From the IMG/VR virus record IMGVR_UViG_3300045988_162372: DNA of 64,000 nt; one strand, given 5' to 3'. Of the stretch, positions 46,436-55,744 are shown piece after piece; the first letter of the stretch is position 1; each line of letters opens with the position of its first letter. The DNA comes from a virus. The position numbers and the translations under genes were made by a program. Under the pieces are notes generated by a model. The model did not search any database, was not told the origin of the DNA, and worked only from the letters and a program-made list of their open reading frames with translations.

Positions 46436-46957
46436 ATGAAAAAACATATTACGATAAAATTAACAGAAAGTCAATTATACGAGGCACAACAAGATGCGTT
46501 TGAATATCTCACAAATTCGGACACAATACATAATGATGGACAAAAAAACGTATCAGTCGGGGGAAAATTGAATGACAAAGAAAATGGTTCACCTATTACA
46601 ACTGACGATTTTGCTTCTATGACAACCGCACAGGGTTATAATAGATATGGAGCTATTGGAAATACATATACAAGAAGATTAACTGAAACAGACAACAACA
46701 AAGATGGGGTTGATGATTTTTATAATAATGACGAACTTGACATTATGAGCAATGGTGATGAAACAGACAATCTTGAAGGTGTTTCAAATACAGTTGATAC
46801 AAGGACAGACAACCTTGTCAATTTAATCAAACAATTACCTCCAAAAAAACAAGCTATTGTATTAAATAAAATACTTGAAAATATGGATTTAAATGGCTTG
46901 AGTTACAATTGGAAGAAAGAATTAGCTAAAAAATTAGGACTTGCAACAATTAAATAA
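46436..46957 (+). CDS. hypothetical protein (possible internal virion protein)
   Basis: 173 aa. N-terminus KHITIKLTESQLYEAQQ shares a motif with the C-terminus of the next gene. Confidence 0.5.
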   Translation: MKKHITIKLTESQLYEAQQDAFEYLTNSDTIHNDGQKNVSVGGKLNDKENGSPITTDDFASMTTAQGYNRYGAIGNTYTRRLTETDNNKDGVDDFYNNDELDIMSNGDETDNLEGVSNTVDTRTDNLVNLIKQLPPKKQAIVLNKILENMDLNGLSYNWKKELAKKLGLATIK

Positions 46958-46958
46958 G

Positions 46959-47930
46959 ATGATACATTTATTGAATGAAGGAAATAGCGAATTACGTCAT
47001 CGAAAATTTGCGTTACCAGATGGTATAAGAAAACATTTGCAAAATGTTTTAAATTCTTACAATGGTGATAAAACAGCAAATGGTTATCAACGTTTAACTA
47101 ATATTTTAAAAATGGATGGCATTATGTATAACGAAATGAAGCGCATCAAGAATTTCTTTGATAACTATAAAGGATCTGATAAATCATCTGAATACGTCTT
47201 AAATGGTGGAGAACCAATGAAGTTATGGGTTGATAACACATTATATAGTGCGACAAAAACCATACGGGATTATAAACAAGCCAAGAAAGATGCAGGGGAT
47301 AAAAATGCCTTTATTCGTCATCATGAAAAAGATAGACAGGAAAAGAAGAACAAACCTACACAAGTAAAATTCCATACAAACGATACAGAGTCTTCAATCG
47401 CAGATAACACCTTTATGAGATATGAAGGAAAAAATAGTGAAACTTCTTTAAATGAAAATGATATAACAAAATATATTCCCAAGAAAGTATATTCAGCAAT
47501 ACAAAAATTGAATGATGCTGTACAACAGCAAAAACAATATACAGGTGATGAATATTGTTTGATGGAACACGATGGGTATGAATACTCATTAAGCCCTATC
47601 ATCATAAATGATAAAGGTGAAATGGAATATGATTTGATTTATGACGATTATAAAAAAACACATTATCACGAAACAATAGCCTTAGTAAGAGAATATGATG
47701 GTGAAGTATGGTTTGACGAAGACGAATATAAAGAATACATTAAGCATTACAAATCAGATTTAAAACGTTATTTTAAATATTTCCAAGAGTATGGGGCAAA
47801 AGAGAGCGATTATGAAGAAGACGGAGAAAATAGGGTGTTAAATAGAATAAATAATGAAAGCAAGAATGGGATTACTATCATTATAACAGAAAAACAATTA
47901 AGAGAAATACAGAAAAATCATAAATATTGA
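46959..47930 (+). CDS. hypothetical protein
   Basis: Start moved to ATG 46959 (MIHLLNEGN...), 1 nt after the upstream stop. C-terminus GITIIITEKQLREIQKN. Confidence 0.5.
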   Translation: MIHLLNEGNSELRHRKFALPDGIRKHLQNVLNSYNGDKTANGYQRLTNILKMDGIMYNEMKRIKNFFDNYKGSDKSSEYVLNGGEPMKLWVDNTLYSATKTIRDYKQAKKDAGDKNAFIRHHEKDRQEKKNKPTQVKFHTNDTESSIADNTFMRYEGKNSETSLNENDITKYIPKKVYSAIQKLNDAVQQQKQYTGDEYCLMEHDGYEYSLSPIIINDKGEMEYDLIYDDYKKTHYHETIALVREYDGEVWFDEDEYKEYIKHYKSDLKRYFKYFQEYGAKESDYEEDGENRVLNRINNESKNGITIIITEKQLREIQKNHKY

Positions 47931-47987
47931 AGATAGAAGTAGAATTCGTTATTATTACTATAATAATATTATTAACAAGTATAGATA

Positions 47988-48383
47988 ATGAGTTGGATTC
48001 AAACAATAGCAGATGGTATAGAAAAGGCATTTGATACTGTCAGACCTGCCTTGAAATCTATACCACCTTTTTTACTTATATGTGAATTATATAAAAGACC
48101 TGGTTTATCAGCAATCGCCCTTACAAGTGCGATAATCAGACGCTTACCAGAAGCTGGTATAGAAACAGGAGTTAATCCTGACGGTTCTGAAAACAAAGTA
48201 AATCAATTTGTAAGAATTATGTGCGAAGAAACAATTAAGGAAATAAAAGATAATGCTCGTGTTACTTGTGTAATTGAACCAGGAAGTGTAATAGGAACAG
48301 GCACAGGAGCGAATGCTGGAGGCCCGATTGTCGTGACAACAATCAATACAATGATTGGTAAAACAGTAGGGTTGATAGAATAA
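47988..48383 (+). CDS. hypothetical protein
   Basis: 131-aa ORF in the baseplate-like block. Confidence 0.5.
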   Translation: MSWIQTIADGIEKAFDTVRPALKSIPPFLLICELYKRPGLSAIALTSAIIRRLPEAGIETGVNPDGSENKVNQFVRIMCEETIKEIKDNARVTCVIEPGSVIGTGTGANAGGPIVVTTINTMIGKTVGLIE

Positions 48384-48404
48384 AATCATAAATTAAAATA
48401 AATT

Positions 48405-48611
48405 ATGGGATTTAATATAAACACGGCAACCAATGCTGAATTAAAGCAAAAGTGTGAAGAATTAAACAAAGAGTATAAAATACTTCAAGCAGATATGGTG
48501 GAGAAATGGGGAAAAATGATTAAATTATCAGAAGAATACTCTAAAATAAAACAGTTACTGGATAAAAGGGAGGGAAGATTAAATGTCAGTGAGAACAATA
48601 CAGAAGAATGA
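48405..48611 (+). CDS. small coiled-coil protein
   Basis: 68-aa ORF. Confidence 0.4.
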   Translation: MGFNINTATNAELKQKCEELNKEYKILQADMVEKWGKMIKLSEEYSKIKQLLDKREGRLNVSENNTEE

Positions 48612-49476
48612 TGATATTATTATACGTTTGTGCGAAGTATTGTCTGTTGAAGATGATAATGCGGGATTAAGGATTAAGGTCAGGATTGACCCCGATGACG
48701 GCGATGTTCAATATATTGATGATTTACCATATACATACCCGTTGTTACCTAAATTGATACATATAAATCCAAAAGTAGGTGAATGTGTTATGGTTATTTT
48801 ATCTACACAAGGACAGTCTAATGGCAACAGGTGGTTTATTGGCCCTCTGATTTCACAACAATATATGACAAATTATGACCCTTTCAAATTTTCTTCAAGA
48901 TGTCTTTTGGAAGGACAACAAGTAGCAAGACCTCTCCCAAACCCATCACAAAACCCATTAAATAACGGAACTATACCTGAACATGATGATATTGCATTGC
49001 AAGGAAGACAAAACACAGATGTTATACTTAAAGACAATGAATTAAGAATTAGATGTGGTTTTAAAAAATATCCATTAGGAAAACCACAAGATAGTCTCGC
49101 ATTTAACAATATAGATCTAGGATACATACAAATGCGATATAAGCAAATGAAAGACAATAATGGTAATAATTTTTCGAGTGTCACTAATATTGTCTCTGAT
49201 AGGATTAATCTTTTAACATATGATTCAGCAAATTATTTCTGTATGACAGATCCAGATTCATTGATTACCGATGAGGAACTTCTTAAAATACTGGAAAATG
49301 CGCATCCGCTTCCGTATGGTGATAAGTTAATGGAATTCTTATCTAAATTAATTAAAATATTCAGGGAACATACACATCCATTTCCTATGGATCCGCCATC
49401 TCTGACACAGCCTGAAAAACAAACATTGTCAACAGACCTTACAAAAATGTTATCACAAGGTGTAAGAATAAATTAA
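48583..49476 (+). CDS. baseplate hub/spike protein (gpV / gp5 OB-fold-like)
   Basis: IIRLCEVLSVEDDNAGLRIKVRIDPDDGDV...LPYTYPLLPKLIHINPKVGECVMVILS...NRWFIGPL fits the Phage_base_V / VgrG N-terminal OB-fold pattern. Confidence 0.5.
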   Translation: MSVRTIQKNDDIIIRLCEVLSVEDDNAGLRIKVRIDPDDGDVQYIDDLPYTYPLLPKLIHINPKVGECVMVILSTQGQSNGNRWFIGPLISQQYMTNYDPFKFSSRCLLEGQQVARPLPNPSQNPLNNGTIPEHDDIALQGRQNTDVILKDNELRIRCGFKKYPLGKPQDSLAFNNIDLGYIQMRYKQMKDNNGNNFSSVTNIVSDRINLLTYDSANYFCMTDPDSLITDEELLKILENAHPLPYGDKLMEFLSKLIKIFREHTHPFPMDPPSLTQPEKQTLSTDLTKMLSQGVRIN

Positions 49477-49510
49477 ATCCGAGATACAATCATTTCTCGG
49501 ATTTTTTATT
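49475..49510 (+). terminator. rho-independent terminator
   Basis: aaatccgaga / tctcggattt 10-bp stem whose 3' end runs into six consecutive T (49502..49507). Confidence 0.7.
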
Positions 49511-49517
49511 ATCTTTG
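49510..49517 (+). promoter_or_regulatory. possible host-type -7 box (TATCTTTG) without a clear -33 element
   Basis: 33 nt upstream of ATG 49551. A near-late motif CTATTTAT follows. Confidence 0.3.
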
Positions 49518-49550
49518 CATCACTATTTATTTATAAAATAAAGTATAACA

Positions 49551-50984
49551 ATGGCAATAGTTACACATACTTTTATAAGCAAGTCAAATACCATTATTAA
49601 AGATAGTGTCGCTTCTGTTGGTCTAAATCCTATTCTCGAATTAAATTATGGGAAAATGCTGACAAGAGGACTTATTTATTTTGATCATACCAAAGTTCAG
49701 GAAATGGTAGAAGATAAAATATATCCAGATATCTCCAAATTGAGACATGTATTGAAGATGAAAAATGCAGGTTCAATTGATGATAAACATATAAATAGGA
49801 TATATTTAGATTCTAACGGGGATTACTATAAACAAAGAACATCATCATTTGATTTGATATATTTTCTTATCCCAAATGATTGGGATGAAGGAAAGGGTTT
49901 TGATTATAAACAGGATTTAAATTTAAGAAGCCACAGAGCATATTCATGGCGTGGTTGCAATTGGTATCAATATCAAACATATTGCAAATGGGAAAATGAA
50001 GGTATTTACTCAACGGATAAGCTATCAAAGGAACTTGATTTGTTTACATCAAAAAACGGCAATCAATCTAATATTATTATAGGATATCAGCATTTTGACA
50101 AAGGAAACGAGTCAATAGAATTTGATATAACGGAAACCTTCAATAAGTTTATTACAGGTGAATTGTGTAATTATGGTATTGGTATTGCATTTTCACCACA
50201 ATATGAAAATAAGAATACTGAATTAACACAATATGTAGGTTTCTTTACATCCCATACACATAGTTTCTTTGAACCCTATGTGGAAACAACTTACAATGAA
50301 ACGATAGAAGATGATAGAGCGGACTTTTATCTTGATAAATCTAATAAACTATATTTTTATTCCATTGTAGGGGGAAAATATGCCAATCTGGACGAGTTTC
50401 CAACGTGCATGGTAAATGACACTTCATATGAAGTAAAACAGGCTACAAAAGGCGTTTATTACATTGATATAGAAGTTCCAAGTTCGTCTTGTGAAGACAA
50501 TACAATGCTATATGATGTTTGGAGTAACATTAAATACAAAGGAAAATCATTTCCAAATGTTGAATTGGAATTTGTAACAAAATCATCAAATGATTATTAT
50601 CAGTTCGGTATTCCATCCTCAAAGCAAGAAACAGAGTTAATCCCAACTCTTTACGGAATTAAATATAAGGAAGTCATAAAGAGGGGCGATATAAGAAAGA
50701 TTAATGTGGATTGCAGAATACCTTACACTACAGACCAAGACAGGAATAATAATTACATTGAATATAGGCTATATATATTATCAGGTGAAAAACAAATTGA
50801 CGTAATTGATTGGCAAAAAGTAGAAAAAGGGTATAATGAAAACTACTTTTTTATAAACACGAATGAATTATTACCATCACGTTACTATATTGATATTAGA
50901 ATAAACGTAAATATGGAATTATTCAATTACCAAAAAGTATTGGAATTTGATATAGCTGATAATATTACTGAATACTATAAATGA
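49551..50984 (+). CDS. hypothetical structural protein
   Basis: 477-aa ORF; no motif recognised. Confidence 0.5.
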   Translation: MAIVTHTFISKSNTIIKDSVASVGLNPILELNYGKMLTRGLIYFDHTKVQEMVEDKIYPDISKLRHVLKMKNAGSIDDKHINRIYLDSNGDYYKQRTSSFDLIYFLIPNDWDEGKGFDYKQDLNLRSHRAYSWRGCNWYQYQTYCKWENEGIYSTDKLSKELDLFTSKNGNQSNIIIGYQHFDKGNESIEFDITETFNKFITGELCNYGIGIAFSPQYENKNTELTQYVGFFTSHTHSFFEPYVETTYNETIEDDRADFYLDKSNKLYFYSIVGGKYANLDEFPTCMVNDTSYEVKQATKGVYYIDIEVPSSSCEDNTMLYDVWSNIKYKGKSFPNVELEFVTKSSNDYYQFGIPSSKQETELIPTLYGIKYKEVIKRGDIRKINVDCRIPYTTDQDRNNNYIEYRLYILSGEKQIDVIDWQKVEKGYNENYFFINTNELLPSRYYIDIRINVNMELFNYQKVLEFDIADNITEYYK

Positions 50985-50999
50985 TTTACAATTTTTTGT

Positions 51000-51812
51000 A
51001 TGGCAAGAAAAAAGAATTTAAAAGGAATTTCCCAAGAGGAAATGGACATCATCACCGATAAGATGAATAGTTCTTTAATAAATAAAGAAAATCTTTATAC
51101 AATGATAACAAATGCATTGAATTATAAAATTGCAATCAAATGCAAAAATGAAAAACAGAAATCTTTTGTGAAATCAATGAAAGACGATAATAAAGAAATT
51201 TGTTTTGGTGTCGGATCACCAGGAACTGGTAAAACATATCTTTCGTTGGCCACAGCATTACAATTATTAAAGGACGAAAAAACACCTTATAAATCAATAG
51301 TTGTCTTCATACCTTGCTTGGAAAGTGTTACAGCATTGAAAATGGGGTTTTTGAAAGGAAATTTGGATGATAAGACTGAGGCTTACAAACAAAATACTAT
51401 AAACAATATTATAAAAATACTTGAAAATTCAGGTAATACAAACGCAAAAGAAATAACATCTTTTCTAATAGGACAAAATCTGATAAGATTTGAATTTATA
51501 AATTTTGTCAAAGGAAAAACATTTGAGAATTGTATCTGTGTAATGGAAGAAGCTGAAGATTATACAAAAGAAGATATGTTACTTTTGTTGACACGTAAAG
51601 GTGGAAAAACCTGCAAGATGTTCATCAGTGGAGATGATAAACAAACTTCAAGAAATGACATTAAAAATAAAAAAGAAATAACAGGTTTAAGGTTTGCTGC
51701 AAATGTTCTTAATACAATGAAAGAAGTTGCAGTTACGGAGTTTATTCCAGAAGATATAGTGAGAGATCCATTACTTACAGAAATAATCAAGAGATTTGAA
51801 GAAAATTATTAA
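51000..51812 (+). CDS. phoH: PhoH-like ATPase
   Basis: Walker A GVGSPGTGKTYLSLATAL and the PhoH signature CVMEEAEDYTKEDMLLLLTRKGGKTCKMFISGDDKQ (compare iilDEaQN...LTRiG...vitGD.tQ). Confidence 0.8.
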   Translation: MARKKNLKGISQEEMDIITDKMNSSLINKENLYTMITNALNYKIAIKCKNEKQKSFVKSMKDDNKEICFGVGSPGTGKTYLSLATALQLLKDEKTPYKSIVVFIPCLESVTALKMGFLKGNLDDKTEAYKQNTINNIIKILENSGNTNAKEITSFLIGQNLIRFEFINFVKGKTFENCICVMEEAEDYTKEDMLLLLTRKGGKTCKMFISGDDKQTSRNDIKNKKEITGLRFAANVLNTMKEVAVTEFIPEDIVRDPLLTEIIKRFEENY

Positions 51813-51818
51813 AACATA

Positions 51819-51854
51819 AATAATGGTCACATTTAATCAATTGTGACCATTATT
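51819..51854. terminator. bidirectional hairpin terminator between phoH and the nuclease gene
   Basis: Perfect 13-bp stem aataatggtcaca / tgtgaccattatt with a 10-nt loop. Confidence 0.65.
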
Positions 51855-51927
51855 AGTTAAATCATATTCATATACCATATTTTCGCCTTTATGTACCTCT
51901 TTTGCTTTTTCTATAAAAATTTCTCGT

Positions 51928-53625
51928 TTATCTTTCATTTCTTATCCAAACATATTTTAATAATCCGCAATCCCATATTCTATCATATCCTAACTGTCTT
52001 GCCATTTCCCATTCGGTTAATTTCTTATCTAGGCCATATTTTTTTATCATATTATTTTTTGATAAGATCATTTTATGAATTCGTTTATTTCCATGAATAT
52101 GAGAATTATAATATTTATAGTCAGGCTTTAATATTTTTGATAAATGAAAACCTATATGTGTATATAAATTATCATTTTCATCAACAGTCCATCTTCTATC
52201 AGCAAAAGAAGTTATCATATTAGAATTGTAATTCTTAATAAAGTAAGAGAATAATTTTCCACCGATACCAACACAATGATAATTGTAATTAGTTGCAAAT
52301 CTATTTAATTCCCATTCTTTGATTTTAACACTTCCATGTTTAAAAGTCATCACCCCAATTAATTCATTATTGTAATAACACCCAAGATATACTGTTGACG
52401 GAGCAAATCCTTGAATGTGATATTTGTTTAGGAATTCTTCAGCCTGATATTTATATATTTCTTTAACCGTACATTTACGAGCATATATTTTATTAACAGA
52501 GTGATTTATATGTAAAATATGTGCTATTTTACTCATAACAATATCGTGTTTTTCGATAAATTCATCATCAAAAATTTGAATTAATTTTATACCTTGTGCA
52601 TTACATTCATTTAATTTATTTAAATGATAATTTTTATCCTTACCAAATCTTTCACAATGCCAATATAAACCGTTATACTCAATAGCAACTCTTTTTTCTG
52701 GAACATATATATCAATTTCTCTTCCATTCAATATACCTCTATCTTTATGACATTCTAAATTATTATTATTAATAAAACTAATAATTTCTTTTTCAGCAGC
52801 AGAAGTATATTTTTCAATACCTTTTTCGCTTAATACTAAATTATTCTTTTGTGCTATTGCTCGAAATTTAGACAGTGTATCGGCACACATTATACCTTCT
52901 TTGCCATATCTTAAAATATATTCTTCTTTTGTAATTCCATGAAATTTCAGATGGGCATTACTTATCTTTGTTAGTTTTTTCCCACATATTTTACAAGTAA
53001 TAAATTTATTAGCATCATCCTCCATTTGCCTATTTTTAATAGGATTGGCAATTTGAAAATATTTTTTTTCTTCTGGAAAATTTTTAATGTAATCAAATTT
53101 AGATATATTGTGAACACTTTTTAGATGTTGCTCAAAAGCACCACTTTTGTTTTCAACATCACTTGTAACCCATTCACAAAATGGACATTTCTTAACAGGC
53201 TTATTTTCTACTTTTCTATACGACAACCATTGTTCCCACCAATAATTACCAGTTTTCATATAATACATTCTTCTATCATACAATGTTGGTATTTCAACAT
53301 TGTATTGTTTTTTAATATAAGACGTTAAAACACCGCCATTATTATTAATGTCACAAGATTTGAATTCTGTATTTTTATCAAAAACTTCATAATGGTAATC
53401 ATTAGTATCAATATACTTTTTTATATGATAATCCTTAACCACAAATGCATCATTATTATTTTGTCCACCTCTTTTTTTAAATTGAATACCATTCTGAGAA
53501 AGTATTTGTTTAATTCTAAGTTTCCCCACATGATATTTAAGGGCTAAGGTTTCAATACCAATTTTACTATTAAGATATTCATCACAAATAATCTTTTCAT
53601 CAAGTATAGCTTTTGTTTTCGACAT
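51928..53625 (-). CDS. free-standing homing-endonuclease-like protein: HTH + C2H2-type fingers + Vsr-like PD-(D/E)XK core + GNAT-like C-terminal domain
   Basis: Start moved to MSKTKAILDEK (ATG 53625) because the track's extension covers the MCP terminator and this gene's own promoter. CPFCEW...HLKSVH, CKICGK...HLKFH. REIDIYVPEKRVAIEYNGLYWHCE...IKLIQIFDDEF. C-terminus ...HCVGIGGKLFSYFIKNY...GYDRIWDCGLLKYVW. Confidence 0.65.
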   Translation of the reverse strand: MSKTKAILDEKIICDEYLNSKIGIETLALKYHVGKLRIKQILSQNGIQFKKRGGQNNNDAFVVKDYHIKKYIDTNDYHYEVFDKNTEFKSCDINNNGGVLTSYIKKQYNVEIPTLYDRRMYYMKTGNYWWEQWLSYRKVENKPVKKCPFCEWVTSDVENKSGAFEQHLKSVHNISKFDYIKNFPEEKKYFQIANPIKNRQMEDDANKFITCKICGKKLTKISNAHLKFHGITKEEYILRYGKEGIMCADTLSKFRAIAQKNNLVLSEKGIEKYTSAAEKEIISFINNNNLECHKDRGILNGREIDIYVPEKRVAIEYNGLYWHCERFGKDKNYHLNKLNECNAQGIKLIQIFDDEFIEKHDIVMSKIAHILHINHSVNKIYARKCTVKEIYKYQAEEFLNKYHIQGFAPSTVYLGCYYNNELIGVMTFKHGSVKIKEWELNRFATNYNYHCVGIGGKLFSYFIKNYNSNMITSFADRRWTVDENDNLYTHIGFHLSKILKPDYKYYNSHIHGNKRIHKMILSKNNMIKKYGLDKKLTEWEMARQLGYDRIWDCGLLKYVWIRNER

Positions 53626-53652
53626 ATCTAATACATTTTTAATTTTACAATG

Positions 53653-53684
53653 CAAAGATACTATTTTTATACCAAACATACAAA
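53653..53684 (-). promoter_or_regulatory. Bacteroidota sigma-A type promoter for the nuclease gene
   Basis: Minus-strand TTTG (53684..53681), 20 nt, TATCTTTG (53660..53653). ATG at 53625. Confidence 0.6.
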
Positions 53685-53726
53685 TGAAAACCCATTTATT
53701 TTCGTTAAAAAAATATATAAACAAAA

Positions 53727-53755
53727 ATGAAAGGATTATAAAATAATCCTTTCAT
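53727..53755 (-). terminator. hairpin terminator after the major capsid gene
   Basis: Perfect 11-bp stem atgaaaggatt / aatcctttcat with a 7-nt loop. T-rich tract follows on the minus strand. Confidence 0.7.
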
Positions 53756-53787
53756 CAATATAATTATTATATGTAATAGTCTGATTA

Positions 53788-55680
53788 TTAACGTAATTCG
53801 TTAATATTCCAATACGTTAAACCATCTACCTTAATAGCACCATAGTATTTGTTATTAACAAGTTTCTTTGCGTAACGTGTCACAATTCCTTTTACAGGTG
53901 CAAAGTTGAAGGGGTTATACATTGTTGGGGTTAATGCCATAGGCACATAAGGTGCATAGATATAGCCAGTGTCAAGCAACGAAGTACCGTGGTGTCCCAT
54001 AATCAAGCTCCAATGAGGTGCATACGGGTCAACAATTACTTGATAACGTCCTTGAAGTGCGCCAATCTTTTCGATACCCATGTTATACTGCATACTTTCA
54101 GCACTTGCATCTGTTACGTGGAAATATTCCAAGTCATTCAACACAGCAGAAATTTCAGCAGAAACTACAATAAACGAAGCACCACCACGAAGTGTAGATT
54201 TTTGGATTTGAGCAGAAATCTTATTGATTTGTGTCATAAGAGTCTGGTTCCAGTCTTTCTGTGTATAGACAGTTGAAGGAGTACCAATTCTTTGCCATCC
54301 ATTGTAATCCCAACGTAATTGCCAAGCAGCGGCCTTACGAATATCTCTTAAAATTTCACGGTCAATCTCGGCAGCAATCTGTTCAGAGAGAATTGCAGTC
54401 AATTCTGCTTCTGCATCTATATTATGGAAAGCACTCACATCCTGTGCAAGTTCAGGAGACCAAGTAGCACGAAGCTTTCTTTCCTCAACCGATACAGATA
54501 CGGAAGTAAGTTGGAACGAAACTTCACCCATATCAGTTTCCAATTCAAGGCTATCATACTGTGCCCAAGCAATCTTGAACAAATCATCAGGCTGTTTGTC
54601 AGCTAATTGTGTAGGATCTACACCAATATAACCGAGCATTGTCTGACCCTGTTTTTTAGCAGGTTTAGTTAAATCAAGTTCAATATAAAGCTTACCATTA
54701 GCATCACAAATGTTCTGATAATCCACCATTTGTGTACCATACTTCTGTGTCATAACACGGAAAGGAATTGATTCATTAGCAGCAAATGAAGTGAAATCAT
54801 CACCGCCGTCAATAGCTTCTTTAGTAATAACTTTCAATGAAGCAAGGAAAGCTTCAGTATCCATTTCATTACCATCTGGGCCAGTCAAACGACCTGCATT
54901 GTAAGAACTGAAACCAGTTACTTCAAGCAGTAACGAACTAATAGAACCGTTAGAATCTGTAGGATAATCATCCAAATCAGCAGCTACATAATCACCGTTA
55001 GGTGCAAGCATAACCACTGTTGAATTCCCAACACGGATAGTAACTTTACCTTTTGAATTATCAAACAAGAAGTCATTATAGAACAAATCATAAAGAGATT
55101 TCTTCATGTATTTTGTGACTTCAGGTTTCTGCACCATTGTGCCAGTACCATCATCTTCCCAAGCAGGTTTTACAACCTCATCAGGCAAGTAATACTGATT
55201 CTTGGTTTCCCAAGTTCTTTCATCATTGGCATCAAATGCCTGGCCATTGTAGAAACGGTTTTGAGCTTTATAACCCATCAAGCCTACATGCTTACCAGTA
55301 TCACCATTAGAAATCTGACCGTCTTCCGCATAAGTCCATTCTCTTTCAGATGTTACGGGTTTAATGAAGAACAATTTACCGATAGGTAAGTTCATAGCTT
55401 GTACTGATACAATGTCATTAGCAAGCAATTTAGAGAATACACGTCTGATAAGAGGGAATACGACTGTTTCAAACGAACCAGAGTTATCAGAACCAGTAGC
55501 TTCATAAATAAGGTGCTTTGCGTTGTTTTCATAAAGGGTTGCAATTGTTTCCTTTACATGTCCTTGCAAGCCTTCCAACAGATGAAGCTTTTCCCATCTT
55601 TCCTGTATATCTTGTCTAATTTTTTTCTGTGCATTAAGTTCAATTGAACCAACTGCTCCACTATTTAATAGTTCTCGCAT
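53788..55680 (-). CDS. major capsid protein (T4 gp23-like)
   Basis: FETVVFPLIRRVFSKLLANDIVSVQAMNLPIGKLFFIKP is the hallmark gp23-family N-terminal region. Sits after the protease and scaffold genes. A strong terminator follows. Confidence 0.8.
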   Translation of the reverse strand: MRELLNSGAVGSIELNAQKKIRQDIQERWEKLHLLEGLQGHVKETIATLYENNAKHLIYEATGSDNSGSFETVVFPLIRRVFSKLLANDIVSVQAMNLPIGKLFFIKPVTSEREWTYAEDGQISNGDTGKHVGLMGYKAQNRFYNGQAFDANDERTWETKNQYYLPDEVVKPAWEDDGTGTMVQKPEVTKYMKKSLYDLFYNDFLFDNSKGKVTIRVGNSTVVMLAPNGDYVAADLDDYPTDSNGSISSLLLEVTGFSSYNAGRLTGPDGNEMDTEAFLASLKVITKEAIDGGDDFTSFAANESIPFRVMTQKYGTQMVDYQNICDANGKLYIELDLTKPAKKQGQTMLGYIGVDPTQLADKQPDDLFKIAWAQYDSLELETDMGEVSFQLTSVSVSVEERKLRATWSPELAQDVSAFHNIDAEAELTAILSEQIAAEIDREILRDIRKAAAWQLRWDYNGWQRIGTPSTVYTQKDWNQTLMTQINKISAQIQKSTLRGGASFIVVSAEISAVLNDLEYFHVTDASAESMQYNMGIEKIGALQGRYQVIVDPYAPHWSLIMGHHGTSLLDTGYIYAPYVPMALTPTMYNPFNFAPVKGIVTRYAKKLVNNKYYGAIKVDGLTYWNINELR

Positions 55681-55718
55681 ATGTAATAATCTTTAATTGT
55701 TACAATTATTATTTAATT

Positions 55719-55727
55719 ATAAATATC
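55719..55727 (-). promoter_or_regulatory. putative late promoter core (sense GATATTTAT) within a shared 18-nt block
   Basis: 38 nt upstream of the MCP ATG 55680. Confidence 0.5.
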
Positions 55728-55744
55728 TACTAGAATTGAATAAT

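Noticed and set aside
53626-53724. N-terminal 33-codon extension of the nuclease ORF given in the track (start 53724)
   Set aside because: The extension covers that gene's own -33/-7 promoter boxes (53653..53684) and abuts the MCP terminator hairpin (53727..53755). MSKTK at 53625 is the sensible start.
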